64,000 nt of DNA from Mobula hypostoma (taxonomy: Eukaryota), in the NCBI RefSeq assembly GCF_963921235.1, contig NC_086108.1, forward strand, positions 27,840,001 through 27,904,000, given 5' to 3'. Below are positions 12,349-25,680 of the stretch, one piece after another. The notes below the pieces were generated by a model. The model was not told the origin of the DNA. It did not search any database and worked only from the letters and a program-made list of their open reading frames with translations. The position numbers and the translations under genes are program-made. The first letter of the stretch is position 1. Each line of letters opens with the position of its first letter.

Positions 12349-13002
12349 TGAAGAGAAGATGGCGGTGAGACACAGCGCGCAGTGGCCATTCTGGGATGAA
12401 TATCTGTTATTTGTCAAGTAGGATGCCGTGCACAATCCTGATTTGATGGAGGCAGATGTGAGAACTTCTGGAATGCCTGTTTCATTGCCGCTGCTACTGT
12501 GCAATAGAGAATCTCCGGAGGGGAAGGCCCCAAATCCTCGGCTTTGCCTGTTGCTTGGCGGCCGGGGCCAGGGTCAAAGCGCTCGGCAGAGATGGTGCTC
12601 AGTGCTCGAGGGCTCGTTGGAGGCTCGAAGTTTTCAGACAGGCCCAGAGTCGGCTGTGGTCGGGTGCTTCCAGGGTGCTGCATCGGCAAGTTTGCGGCGC
12701 TGGAGGTTCATGGCAGGGAAAGTTTTCTTCCTTCTACCGTCTGCGTGAGATGATGGGGCTTTCAAGACTTCGAGACTTTTTTTTACCGTGCCATGGTCTG
12801 CTCTTTATCAAATTACAGTATTGCTTTGCACTGTTGTAACTAACTGTTATAATTACATGTTTTTTTGTCAGTTTTAGTCTTGGTCTGTCCTGTGTTTCTG
12901 TGATATCATACTGGAAGAACATTGTATCATTTCTTAATGCATGCATTACTAAATGACAATAAATAAGGACTGAGTGTCCTCATAATCTAATCTAATCTAA
13001 TC
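12349..13002 (+). mobile_element. Non-coding ~650-bp retroposon with AAGATGGCGG head, inserted in the V-SINE tail
   Basis: AAGATGGCGG at 12356-12365; AATAAA then (TAATC)n tail. TAAATA is duplicated at 12343-12348 and 13003-13008. Confidence 0.7.
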
Positions 13003-13209
13003 TAAATAAACTTGCCCAACCCCCTTTAGTGCTGCATCTATGCATGTCGGCATTGTGCTCCCTCTTCCCAGGTTGAAATCCTATCACAACCTTCTCGGAG
13101 TTAACCTTATGAGCATTAAGCATTTATGCAAACTCCTGGATTCCTGTTCATCAAGAGTGACAGTACTTCACCTACAGTGCTGTATGCCTTTTAGTTCCAA
13201 ATAGCAACA

Positions 13210-14350
13210 CTCACTCCAGATCTGAAGAAAGAGGTGAAGAGAATACAAAGAGAAAGCATTGAATAGGGCGAAAATCAGAAGGGATTAAAAGTCATTGTGG
13301 ACAACAGTGCAAGATGGGAGAAAGTGGTAGTGAGATAAGGGTAGAAGTAAAGGCCTGGTGCACAGGAAGTGTGTATAGAAGAGGCAGAATGGTTATCTAT
13401 GCTCAAAATGGAACAAGAAGTTGGAATTATTGATGATTAAAAATAGTTGACAATGGATGACTTTGGAAAGCTGTAATGTGCTTATGATAAGGTTGGAATT
13501 GTGTAGGGAATGAAAGACAGAGGTCAGGTAGGGAGATGGATTGATTATTAATGTGTGAGATAATTGGAAGCTCAGACTCATGTTCAGTTCACTGAATGAA
13601 TAGAGCCATGTTTTCCTAATCTTCATATTGTTTCCTCACATAGAGGAGACTGCAACCTGAGCAGTGAGCAGTCTATAATGAGCAGAAAGAAATATATAAG
13701 TCTCTGCATCTCCTGGAAAGAATGATTGGAGTCTTGGGAAAGAAGCAGCAGAAGAAATGGTCCTATTTCTCCTGCAGTTAAATAGAAGTGCACCACATGA
13801 AGTGATTAAACTGGAGCATTCCAAAAGAAGTGGTGGAAGGATAGGATGGGGTAGATTTATCCAAACGTACTGCATTGGAGATGAGGACAATTTCAGAGGA
13901 TAATCAGTTAAATAAATTGAAAATAAGGCGACCCTGTTTTTGAGCTATAAGGGAGATGGGGTACCAAATGCAAGAAATGGGGTACTTACAACTGTTTGAT
14001 CTTACAAGTGGCAACTGTTGTGTACAGAAAGTGAGATTGTAAAAAAAACAGGAGGCCCCCTGGCCCATGAAGCAAATATCCAAAACAAGTGCAGTTGGGA
14101 AGTAACTGGACTAGTAGAAAAAGAGTCAAGATGGGAAAGGATGAGTTTTTCCAACAGCTTATTTCTTACAGCATTTGCAGTTTCTTGTATTTTGTGGTAG
14201 AAATGGATCCCATAAAATAAGAACAATCTAAATCTTGGATGTAACAGATTTAGAACTGCTTATAAATTCTTCCAGGGGTTAGTGGCCATGCAATGGAGGT
14301 AGATCTCCAAGGAAGATGGGGTCAATGACTGGAAAGTGGTGGCCTGATGA
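13210..14350 (-). mobile_element. Highly decayed Penelope-like element fragment
   Basis: Minus strand near 13600-13690 resembles the GIY-YIG segment (C..C.LLY(I/V)GET) of the copy at 53500-53900, with a purine-rich pLTR-like tract. Confidence 0.45.
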
Positions 14351-15360
14351 TTAGTGATGGGATTATCGTCCTCTTGTAGCCATGATTAGTCTGAATTTAT
14401 TACTCACATGTACACCAAAATATACAGTGAAACGCATTGTTTATGTTAACAATCAACACAATCTGAGGATGTGCTGAGGGCAGCCTACAAGTGCTGCCAC
14501 GCATTCTGGCACCAACATAGTATGCTTACAATGCTCAGCAGAACAACACACAGCCAACATTCAATGGGCAACAACAGAAAAACAAACCCCTTTTCTATGC
14601 CCTCCACTGAAACACACACCTTGGCCTCCAAGCCCAGGACAGGCCGCTTCTGGGCCTTGGGCCTTTGACCTTCAGACCATGACCCCAAAAACATCTGTGA
14701 ACTCAATGGTAACTAAACCATTAGTAGTTGAGATTTGATGTGTTAATGTTGGAGTGGCTGGTGTAATAAGAGGGTTAGTGTGAAATGGGAAAAGGATGGA
14801 GGTGTTACTGAATGTCCCAATGAGTGGACACGTGTTCATCAATGAAAAGGATTATGCGTTAATTTACAGAGGGGCTGGCGTACTAATTGCCTAGGGTTTT
14901 CATGCACCAGTTCATGTTTGTGTTGAGAGGAGCTCTGCTGACTGATATGACGTGTGTTAACTGGAAGAGCTTTGATATGCCAGCTGGTGAAATGACTCAT
15001 GATAAATGGTCAAATAATGTTTGTTTAAATTAATGAATGAATTGGTGAGTAAATCAGCAAAAGAATCAGAATGTTCTCTCATAAGAGAAGTGGGTGGAAA
15101 GGGTGGTCTGCTAATTTGATATCCCAGAGTTTGAACTTAAGGGAAGGTCAGCATTCCCAAATCAGTTACCCAGTCCGCCCCATATTTCATACTCAAGTAA
15201 GCCGATTGACACAATTTTCCCTGTTTTTTCATATTGCGAATACGTGCAGCAAACCTTGCCCACTCATTGCTCTTGCTATGTTTCCCTTATGTGGGTTAAG
15301 AAGTACTTTTTGTTAATTAGAAAGATAACAATCCTCTTCTGAGTTTCAGGAAGCAATTTG

Positions 15361-16680
15361 TGTCACAATGGTGGGGGCATTGGGAGCAAGGGTGGACCCA
15401 AATGCAAGACACATCTTGTGAGGTTACTTAGATTTAGTTTATTGTTCGATACAGGAGAGCGAGGCAGGAGCAGGAATAGCAAACTGGACAAGGACTCAGT
15501 ACTACGACTAGGCTGGGACAAGGGTCTGGGTTTGGACTCGGAATCGGCTCCCAGAACTAGAGGAGACATGAAGAGACTAGGGTATGGACTCCAAGCCAGA
15601 GACTGGGCAAGGACCCAGTACCTGGGTCTTGCCTCGGGCTCGGACCCCAGAACCAGGCAAGGACATGACATGGGCTAGGGAGAAGAGAAACATGGAAAAA
15701 CAGAGCCTCGGTCTCGGGAGAGCAGGTACATGGAACCATGAACACACACACAGAACACAGAGTCGGGACCCCTCCTTGGGTACAGGACATTGGGCCGGGA
15801 CTCACACACAGAACGGAGAGCCGGGACCCCTCCTTGGGTACAGGACATAGGGCCGGGACTCATGACCCCCCCACAGGGCAACGGCAAGACAGCCTGACTT
15901 ACCCCACGGAGGCGAGGACAAGACAAGACAAAACATGACGCCCCGCGGGGCAACGGCAAGATGGCTTGACTTACCCCATGGAGTCAAGGACAAGACAAGA
16001 CCAACACGAAAGAACACCAGACAGTACCTATCTAGGTCCGGCGATGGAACTAGACCGAAGGGCAGGCGAGGGCTGCAGACGAGGGCTAGAGGCGAGAGGG
16101 GCAGAGAAGGGATTCAGACAGGGGGGGTAGAACAGGAATCACAGACCTCCAGGGCCAGGACTCGACTCGATACTTGGATGCCGCCAGGGCCGGGATTTGA
16201 CTCGGTACTTAAATGCCGCCAGGACCAGGACTTGACTCGATACTTGAATGCCCCCGGAGCCAGGACTTGACTTGGAGCCTCCAGGTAGCGGTGAGCTCTC
16301 GACTCAGCCCGGGAACAGTAGACAACGGTTCTTGATTCCCTCCGGCGGGCCCACCTCGGTGAGGAAACTTAGCAGGCTCGCTTTGGCGAGATACCTTGAC
16401 AGGGCTGCTCCGATGAGGAAAGGCGAATTACCGGCACTCGCTTTGGGCGGAGACTAGGCTTGCTCCGGCCAGATGACATTGGCACGCCGTACCTTTGGTG
16501 ATTTTGCAGATGCTGTCACACCGAACAGCTGAAAGCCGTAGACTATAAGCTACCAGTTCAGCCAAGAGTAACTTGCCTCTAATCACCAAGGCCGAGGGAC
16601 TCGGGAAAACAGGGAGTCAACGATCTGGATCGTAACATAAACAAAGTAAATTTAAAGAGACTCCAATCTGGACCATGACA
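15361..16680 (-). mobile_element. Solo LTR (1320 bp) with internal tandem repeats
   Basis: TGTCA...TGACA termini; 5-bp TSD ATTTG (15356-15360, 16681-16685); AATAAA on the minus strand near 15440. Ends are homologous to 34947-36356. Confidence 0.88.
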
Positions 16681-17850
16681 ATTTGGCAAAGATAAAAGGT
16701 TGCTCTTTGAGGTACAAACATCATCTTCTTCTAGTCTGCAATGTTATCTCTTGTAGTTCACAGCCTGTCAGTTTGGCAGATGCTATGGGAGTGTTTTGGA
16801 AAATTTCTGGGCTGTTTTATCACTTCAAGTTCACACAACAATTGGATTACAATTTCCATTGGCTATCGCCTTCACAGCAAGTGGAATATGTAAAGTGCTT
16901 TGCACTGCACGTCCAGGTCTATCCAGGAGATTGACTGCACATCTCCAGTAATCAATGGTATCGTCAAGTTTTGAATACTGGAACCAAAAAAAAAATCACG
17001 TTTTCTAATGCAAGGATTCAGCTGTTAAGAACTTCAGGCTGGGGGCAAAATATAAGGTTGATTTCCCAAGATAGCAGAGAGAGGAGCTGCAGACTGCTTT
17101 GAAACCAAGTGCCCCCAAAGGCCATTGTTAATTGAATGCTTAACAAGCCCTGGTGAGCTTTTTTTTTAATTCATTTTTTCCTAATATATTTGCACCAGAG
17201 GCAAGCATTATCTCTGTTGAGAAAAGCAAGAACCATGGGTCTATTGGTTTGCAGGCAAACTTCTGACAATGCTGCTGCTACCAAACACACAGATGATGAA
17301 AGTCACCCAAGAATGGTAGCACCCCTCTGCTGAATGCTTCTTTGCCAATTGTGTACAAACTGCAAACGTTTCTGAGCTTTTCAGTTCAGTTTCCCCTTGT
17401 TCCCTGGCATTAACTGTTTTCACACTTTGAATTTTACTGCCCGTGCCCTCTCATGGTATGGGCAAATTCCTAACAGTCACACCATGAGTGACAGAGAGCC
17501 TTTGTATCAATTTGGGATTGTGCACAGGTTGAGTGAATCGGATTGGGCATAGTGATTATAAAGGCCTGTAAGTCTAAAGAACACAAAGGAACAGAAATAA
17601 GGCCTGGAAGGGCTTGGAGACAATGATGAAAATGTTAAATTCAAGACAATGATTGGTCAAGAGTTGTAGTATTTTGGCGGCACAAGGGCGTAGGTGAATA
17701 TGATTATCACAAGCTAGCATGCAGATAGCAGAGTTTTCAAGGTGTTCAGGTATACAGGATACAGTGGGCATTGTTAGTCATGAACAGGTATCATAACTAG
17801 TAATTATAACCAATATTCTCACTCCTTTATCAACAGCAGTGAGGAATCAT

Positions 17851-18385
17851 AAGATGGCAGTGTACTCAGTTGCAGTGGTTTCTACTGGGTGAACCAAAAG
17901 GTGTTATTGTCCTTTTAAAATATATTTTTTATGATCGCATGGCCCTGCAGGACAATAAAACTTAAAGTATTGCAGGTCTACACTATCAGCAAGTTGCTCA
18001 TTGGCAGATAAACAAAAGGAGCTGAATGGAGCAGATCATGCTGTTGCCGGTGTCAGAGAGGCGTTGATGTGTTCCACCAGCGTACTGGGGGTGGTGTGGT
18101 GTGCCATCCATGCAAGAGTCAATACTGCCCCCCTGTGTTCACTCAGCAGAAGACAAGCCATATTGTGGTCAACTGCAGACTGCTGCAACATTCATGGACT
18201 CAGGGTTTTGGACTGTATTGTTTTTTTTGTGTAACCATGTTTTGCTGCTATCTTATACGTGCTATGTGTGCCTTGTGCTATGTATGAATGTTGATACTGT
18301 ATTTTGCACCGTGACCCCAGAGTAAGCCAGATTCACTTGGCTGTATTTATGAATATTCATGTAACAATTAAACTTGAACTGAAAT
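17851..18385 (+). mobile_element. Non-coding ~530-bp retroposon with AAGATGGC head (older copy)
   Basis: AAGATGGCAG start; TG-rich 3' part; ATTAAA-CTTGAACTGAA tail. Confidence 0.5.
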
Positions 18386-18477
18386 AACAGAACTGAAATA
18401 ATCAATATATATTATTAGAAACAAGTAAACAAAAGCACTAATTGGCAACACTTTTCAACATCAGTAAATATGAAAAG

Positions 18478-18770
18478 TCAGCACAACACTGTAGTGGTTA
18501 GCTCAATGCTTTACAGTACCAGGGACCTGGGTTCAACTCCCATTGCTGTCAGTAAGGAGTTTGTACATTCTCCCTGTGACCACGTGGGTTCCCTCCGAGT
18601 GCTCCGGTTTCCCTCCATAGTCCAAGACGTACCTATTAGAAGGTTAATTTGTCATTGTAAATTGTCCCATGATTAGACTAGAGTTAAATCAGGGGTGCTG
18701 AGCAGTGTGCCTCAAAGGGCCGAAAGGGACTATTCCTGCCTGTATCTCACCAAATAAATAAGTAAATAAA
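18478..18770 (+). mobile_element. tRNA-derived V-SINE (HE1-like)
   Basis: GTAGTGGTTAGC...GGGTTCAACTCC; V-domain-like core; (TAAA)n tail. Homologous to 12070-12348. Confidence 0.8.
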
Positions 18771-19182
18771 ATTATAGTAGTAATCTTAAACAACAATCAA
18801 AGTTAATAACATGAACTGTGTAATTATTAATGGCAATCACATATAGAAATCACAGACTGTAATTCAATAATTATAAACAACAATGCAGGCAGTAATAACA
18901 GGTGGTGATCACAAACAGTAATCTAAGTTGCTAATTATGAATGGCATTCACACAATAGTCACAGCTACTAAGACTCAGTGGAGATTCTCAGGAAATCAGG
19001 GTTATGAAACTAATTTGATTTTTAACCAGGTTTGGTACATAAACTTGTTTCAAAGTAGAAGGTTAGCATTAACCTTTCTAAGTTAAGTGTTAGAATTAAA
19101 CTTTAACTTAGAGAGGTTATAAACTTACGAGAAGGAAGTTCCAGAAATCCCTAGAAGGATGGACACAATGGAAATCCTGCAC

Positions 19183-19430
19183 AAAACATAAGACCAGCAG
19201 AAAATAGGAGCAGGGCTAAGTTATCAGGCCCCTCAAGCCTGCCCCAAAATTCGATGTGATTAGATATACTTAAAACATCATAAGTGTATCTAATGATCTG
19301 AGTCACTACTCTCAGAGGCAGAGAATTCTGGAGACACACTACCCTCTGAGAGAAGGAATTTCTATAGACCTCAGTTTTAAAAAAACAGCCCCATATGTTC
19401 CTTCAATCATGACACTTCCACTAGTGAAAA
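19183..19430 (-). mobile_element. CR1 LINE 3' fragment
   Basis: Resembles the reverse complement of the CR1 3' end at 48200-48464. Confidence 0.55.
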
Positions 19431-19687
19431 CCAGAGTTCTGTAGAGTTTGGTAGACTTTGTGGAGTATGGAAGCAATAAGAGGTGGATAATAATTGTTAA
19501 CTTTGCGACATTTGCATCTCAAAGCCAAATGAAAAAATAAAGATCAGAATACTCAGAAAATCTGTTAACAACATCGTATCAATTCATTTGAACACATACA
19601 AGTGTTGTCAGAAGCGCAGGATATAAATGCCATGAAAATTAGCATTTTGCTGCGTCAGTATAGTGTGGGACAAACAGAAGTTAACAT

Positions 19688-20175
19688 AAACACGAGAAAG
19701 TCTGCAGATGCTGGAAATCCAAATCAACATACACAAAATGCTGGAGGAACAGAGCAGGTCAGGCAGTATCTATGGAAATGAATAGATAGCTGACAATTTA
19801 GGACGAGACTCTTCAGAACTGAGATGGAAGGGGGAAGATGCCAGAACAAACAGATGGGGGGAGGGGAAACAGGCTAGCTGGAAGGTGATAGGTGAGGCCC
19901 GATGGGTGGGAAAGATCAAAGGTTGGAGAAGAAGAATTTGATAGGAGAGGAGAATGGACCACAGGAGAAAGGGAGGATGAAGGGGACCCTGGGGGGAGGA
20001 ATAGGCAGGTGAAAAGGCCAGAGTGGGGAATAAAGGGAGGGTGGGAATTTGTTTAGAGGAAGGAGAAATCGATATTCATGCCATTAGGTTGGAGGGTACC
20101 CAGATGGGGTATAATCCCTGAGGTGGTCTCATTTTGTCATAAGATGAACCAACATGTCAGAACAGGAATGGGAAA
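19688..20175 (-). mobile_element. Penelope-like element 3' fragment (pLTR and end of ORF)
   Basis: TCTGCAGATGCTGGAAATCC...TGCTGGAGGAAC terminus and ATGCCATTAGGTTGGAGGGTACCCAGA, matching 53510-53540. Confidence 0.75.
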
Positions 20176-20289
20176 GTTCATATAAACTAACACACACTCC
20201 ATTTTTTCCTTATTCACATTCTTTATAGTTTAGTTGTCTTTTACTTGCCCTTCATCCTAGAAACACAATGGTTTTGTTTGGTAAAGTGA

Positions 20290-21372
20290 AGACAGCCCTC
20301 ATTGCTGGGGAAAAAGCTCTGTTCACTGCAGCTTGGCACTCCAATATATCCTGGATAATGGACTACCTGACTGGCAGGCCACAGTATGGGCGGTTTCAGA
20401 GCTGTGTGTCAGACATGGCTATAAGCAGCATTGGGGCCCTACAGGGGACTGTATTAGCTCCCTTCCTGTTTACTCTGAATACCTCGGACTTTAAATACAA
20501 CACTGAGTTAAGTCATATATGGAAATTCTCTGATGACTCAGCAATAGGTGGGTGCATAAAAGGAGGACAGGAGGATGAATACAGAGCCTTGGTGGAGGAC
20601 TTTGTCAAATGGTGCAGGCTGAATCATCAGCAGCTCAACATCAGCAAGACAAAGGAGATGGTGATGGACTTTAGGAAGACCAAGCCTGCACTGCTCTCTG
20701 TTACTATTGAGGGTGAGGACATGGATGTGTTGAGGACTTACAAGTACCTGGGGATGCACTTGGATGACAGACTTGAGTGGAGCACCAGCACAGAGGCTGT
20801 GTGTAAGAAGAGCCAAAGTTGTCTCTACTTCCTCAGGAGACCAAGGTCCTTTGTTGTATGCAGGCCTCTTCACATGTTCTACTAGTCTGTTGTAGCCAGT
20901 ACAATCTTCTATGCAGTGGTGTACTGAGGCAAAGGCATCAACAAGGGTGATGTCAACAGGCTTAATAAACTGATTTAGAAAGGTTGGCTCTGCTTCACAA
21001 CCTGGACACGCTGGTGGCTGTGGTAGAACAAAGGACCCTACGGAAAATCCTGGCAATTCTGGACAATGTTTCTCACCCTCTGCGTGCCACCTTGGATGAA
21101 CAGAGGAACACTTTTAGTAAGACAATTTTAGTAAGACTAAGACAATTGCGCTGCTCCAAAGAGCGCTACGAGGTCAGTTTTACCCTCGGCCATTAGGCTC
21201 AATAGTGAGCCAACCTGTAGCCAGGGAAGTGATGACTCCCCCCACCTCCACCCCTCATTAAATTGTTTGAGGTAACATTTTTTTTCTTTCTTATTTGTAT
21301 ATGTGTGCACCTGTAATGCTAATGTAACACTGTAATTCCCTTTAGGATTAATGAAGTATCTATCTATCTGTC
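20290..21372 (+). mobile_element. 5'-truncated Rex1/Babar LINE (RT C-terminal half)
   Basis: SWIMDYLTGRPQ, GALQGTVLAPFLF, KFSDD, KTKEMVMDFRK, YKYLG; (TATC)n tail. Confidence 0.88.
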
Positions 21373-22294
21373 TACTCTTTCATTTGAAAAAAGGATAGAT
21401 ACTTTTCCAAAAGCCAAGTGGACTGCTGAACTCTCTCAAGTACTGCATTGTGAGAGGCTGCTGCAGTACTGTGCGCTGGGAGGTGATTATTCATTGTCAC
21501 ACTTGGGAATTGTTTGCTCATGATACTGCTGGCATGAGGCAAGTGTTCTGTGCTGCTAAAAGGGCTCCGATCCAAGGAAAACTGGCTCATTAATGTTTAG
21601 GCACAGCACCCTCTACAATATTAATAATATTGGTGGTTAAAGATTACGAGACAAATGAACTTCAATTTAATGGATACTTAACTTCCAATAATCTGTTGTA
21701 AAAGCAAAATATAAATAATTAAGAGCACTCCAATGTATGGTGACTAATGTTTCCTTACTGCACAAGTTCTGTGCTGTGCACATGCTCCTAGCATCAAGAA
21801 ATTAAACTCTTGTGGGAAAGGGCAGGGTGGTTCATTTTGGGTTTCATGTGTTGAGGAAACTCAAGATGTTTCGTTTGATTTGCCAGATTGGTTTAATCAG
21901 GAACACAGTGAGAAGTTTGACAAACAATATCCTGACAGTAGTTGAAGACAGCCAGTCAACAGCTAACAGAAATACTTTAAATTTTCTTATTAACGAGCCT
22001 ATCTACAAATGATAACACATTGATGGCAATACATTATACGGGGGTGGGTGCTAAATAGATTCCAGTAAGAGACAGATGTTTCATGGAAAAATGTTTTTGA
22101 ATTTTGTCAAATGTTACAACATGTGAGATTCATGAACATTATGATGATGACTAAAATGTCTCCAATATTACAGTGATGAGACAAATATTGGTGGTGGTTT
22201 TAATATTTTAAAACCTTTCCCCCAAAGGGAATCCTACTGATGCGCAGTTCCATGAGTGTGAAGTGGTCTCATTCTCTCTGTCTGTGAACACCAA

Positions 22295-22570
22295 CAGCTA
22301 CTCAGCCCCTCAGTTCTGTACACCATTCAATGTAATCATGGCTGATCTGCCCCAGGCTTTAGCTCATCTCCTGTGCCACCTCTCAGGTGCCCTCAGTTTC
22401 TTGATCTTGCCAAAATATACCCACCTTCTTTTAACCATCCACCTCACAACCTTCCAGTGTAGAGAATTCCAAGAGTTCATGAATACTCTGCTAGAAATGG
22501 TTTCTATGCATGTCAGTGAGTGCCTTTTATTTTATAACCACGTGACCTCATTTAAGACTCTTCCATCAGC
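22295..22570 (-). mobile_element. CR1 LINE 3' fragment
   Basis: CACCATTCAATGTAATCATGGCTGATC and AGAGAATTCCAAGAGTTCA resemble the reverse complement of the CR1 3' end. Confidence 0.55.
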
Positions 22571-22726
22571 GCAGCGCCTACTCAGGCATGCCACCTGAGG
22601 ATGCTGGGACTTGGCACTGCAACCAAGTCACAAGTTTTCTCTTTCTAAACTGATCAAATATGGACAAATATTTAGCCCGACCAGCTTACGTTAAGCAACT
22701 CAACTCAGAATGGAGAATAAACATGT

Positions 22727-25680
22727 AATCAGAATCAGGTTTAATATCATCGGCATATGTCGTGACATTTTTTAACTTTGTGGCAGCAGTACAATGCAAT
22801 ACACAACATAGTGAAAAAATACTGTGAATTACTGTATATAATAAGTAATGCAAAATAAAAGAAATAAAAAGTAGTGAGGTAGTGTTCATGGGTTCAACGT
22901 CCATTCAGAAATCGGATGTCAGAGGGGAAGAAGCTGTTCCTGAATTGTTGAGCGTGTGTCTTCAGGCTTCTGTACCTCCTTCCTGATTGTAACAGTGAGA
23001 AGAGGGCACGTTCTGGGTGGTGGGGATCCTTAATGATGGACGCCAACTTTTTGAGGCACCGCTCCTTGAAGATGTCCTGAACACTATGGAGGCTAGTGTT
23101 CATGATGGAGCTGACTAATTTTACAGCTTACTCTGATCCTGTGCGGTAGCACACTGCCCCAAAAAACCCCAGACAGTCATATAGTCAATTAGAATGCTTT
23201 CCATGGTACATCTGTAGAAATTTGCACGTATTTTAGGCGACATACCAAAACTCCTCAAACTCCCATTGAAATATAGCCACTGTTTTGCCTTCTTTATAGC
23301 TGCATCAATATGTTGGGTCCAGGTTAGCTCAGGCCCTCAGAGATACTGACACCCAGGAACTTCAAGGTCTTCACTCACTCCACTTTTGATCCCTGTATGA
23401 GGACTGGTGTTAATTTGGTCTTACTGATGTTGAGTACAAGTTTGTTGCTGTGACACCTCTCCACTTTCAGGTATATCTCACTCCTGTACGCTCTCTCATC
23501 ACCATCTGAGATTCTGCTAACAATGGTTGTGTCATCAGCAATTTTATAGATGGCATTGGAGCTGTGCCCAGCCATACAGCCATGGGTGTTGGAAGAGTAG
23601 AGCAGTGGAATAAGCACACATCCCTGCGATATGCCAGTGTTGATTCCCAGTGAGGTGGAGATGTTATTTCCAATCCACATTGACTATGGTCTTCCGGTTA
23701 GGAAGATGAGGATCCAGTTGCAGAGGGAGGCACAAGGGCCCAGGTTCTGGAAATTTACAATCAGAAATGTGGGAATGGTGGCATTAAACACTGAAACACG
23801 GAGCTGTAGTTAATAAACAGCGTCCTGACATCAGTATTTATATCGTCCAGGTGATCCAAGGCAGTGCGGAGAGCCAATAAGATCGTGTCCACCGTAGACC
23901 TATTGTGGTAATAGGCAAACTGCAGTGGGACCAGGTCCATGCTGAGGCAGTAGTTAATTGTAGCTATGACCAACCTCTCAAAGCACTTCATCACTGTAGA
24001 TGTAAGCACTACTGGATGATGGTCACTAAGGCAGCTCATCCTGCTCTTCTTGGGCACTGGTATAATTGTTGCCCTTTTGAAGCAGGTAGGAACTTCCAAC
24101 TGTTGCAATGAGAGACTGAAAGTGTCTTTGAACACACTTGCAAGCTAGTTGGCACAGGTCTTCAGAGCCTTACCAGGTACTCCAACAGGCCCTGCTGCTT
24201 TGCAAGGGTTCATCCCCTTGAAAGGGAGCCTGATATCGGCCACCGAGACAGAGATCACGGGTCACCAGGTGCTGCAGGGATCCTCATAGCTGTAGTTTTA
24301 TTCTCCTAAAAGGCATAAAAGGCATTGAGTTCATCTGGGAGTGCATCACTGTCATTCATAATGTTGGGTTTTGCTTTGTAGGCAGTAATGGCCTGCATAC
24401 CCTGCTGGAATTGATGTGCAAAGACTAGAAAATCTGCAGATGCTGGAAATCCAAAGGAACACACAGAAAATGCTGGAGGAACTCAGCAAGTCTATGGAAA
24501 AGAGTAAACGGATAAAGAGGTTACTCTTTTTCATAGATGTTCTATGACCTGCTGAGTTCCTCCAGCATTTTGTGAGAGTTGACATGCATCTAATATTTCC
24601 TCCAAACTCACTCTGAAATGTTTCTTCACTCTTGAAATAGCCCTTCACAAGTCATAGCTGGTTTTCTTGTACAGACTTGGGTTGCCCACCTGAATGCCAC
24701 AGATCTAGCCCTCAGCAGACTCCGAGTCTCCTGGTCCATCCACAACTTTTGAGTTGGGTATGTACAGTAAGTTCTCTTTGGCACACACTCATCCACACAG
24801 GTTATAATAAAATCAGTGACAACTATGGTGTATTTATTCAGACACGAAGATGAATACCTGAATACAGTCCAGTCCACCGATTCCAAGCAGTCATACAAGC
24901 ACTCCTGCCTTCTTGGGCCTCACTACTGGTGCTGCAGTCTTCAGTCTCTGCCTGTACTCAGATAGCAGAAGTACAGCCAAGTTATTAGACTTTTCAAAGT
25001 ATGGGTGTGGGATAACACAGTATGCACTTTTGATTCTGGTGTAACAGTGGTCCAGTGTGTTGGTTCCTCTGGTACTACAAGTGATCTGTTGTTCATAATT
25101 ATTTAGAGATTTTTTTCCAATATGGCCTGGTTAAAATCACCAAGGTGAGGGGGAAGGCATCAGGATGTGCTGTGTTTCATGGCTGTTGATCACATCACAC
25201 AGTTCATCTGGAGACTGCTTGACATTGGTGGGATGTACAGTGCTACCAGAAAGATCGCTGAAGTCACCCATGGCGGGTAAATTGGACGGCACTTGATCGC
25301 AAAGTGCTCCAGGCACCACCACATTTGTATACCCCGAGGAGTTGATCATGAAGCACATTCCTTCTCCCCTGCATTTGAAAGATTCAGCAGCCCTACCATG
25401 GTTGTGTGTTCTAAACCCAACAATCTGAATCATTACATCTGGAATGGAGGGGGTTAACCCAGATTCTGTGAAACAGAAGACATACGTGGTCCGAATGTCT
25501 CTTTGGCACAGTACCCTAGCTCTGAGATCTTCAATTTTACCTAGCAGGGACTGTATTGGGAGTTGAACACTTTGTTTTCTTCATTGGACCTTTAGCCCAG
25601 CTTGGCATCTCCCCTTCCTCCACTTAAAGGGGAAGTGCGGAAGTGCACCCGCTCCGGTGACCAGAGGAGTACCTTCAGCA
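22727..25680 (-). mobile_element. Decayed near full-length Rex1/Babar LINE
   Basis: (CTGATT)n tail at 22727; RT fragments ([25 protein letters not shown]); APE remnants at 24950-25560. Confidence 0.88.
24421..24578. mobile_element. Short palindromic Penelope-derived insertion inside the Rex1 LINE
   Basis: AAAATGCTGGAGGAACTCAGC ... GCTGAGTTCCTCCAGCATTTT inverted repeat, flanked by TTGATGTGCA and TTGACATGCA (decayed TSD). Confidence 0.7.
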
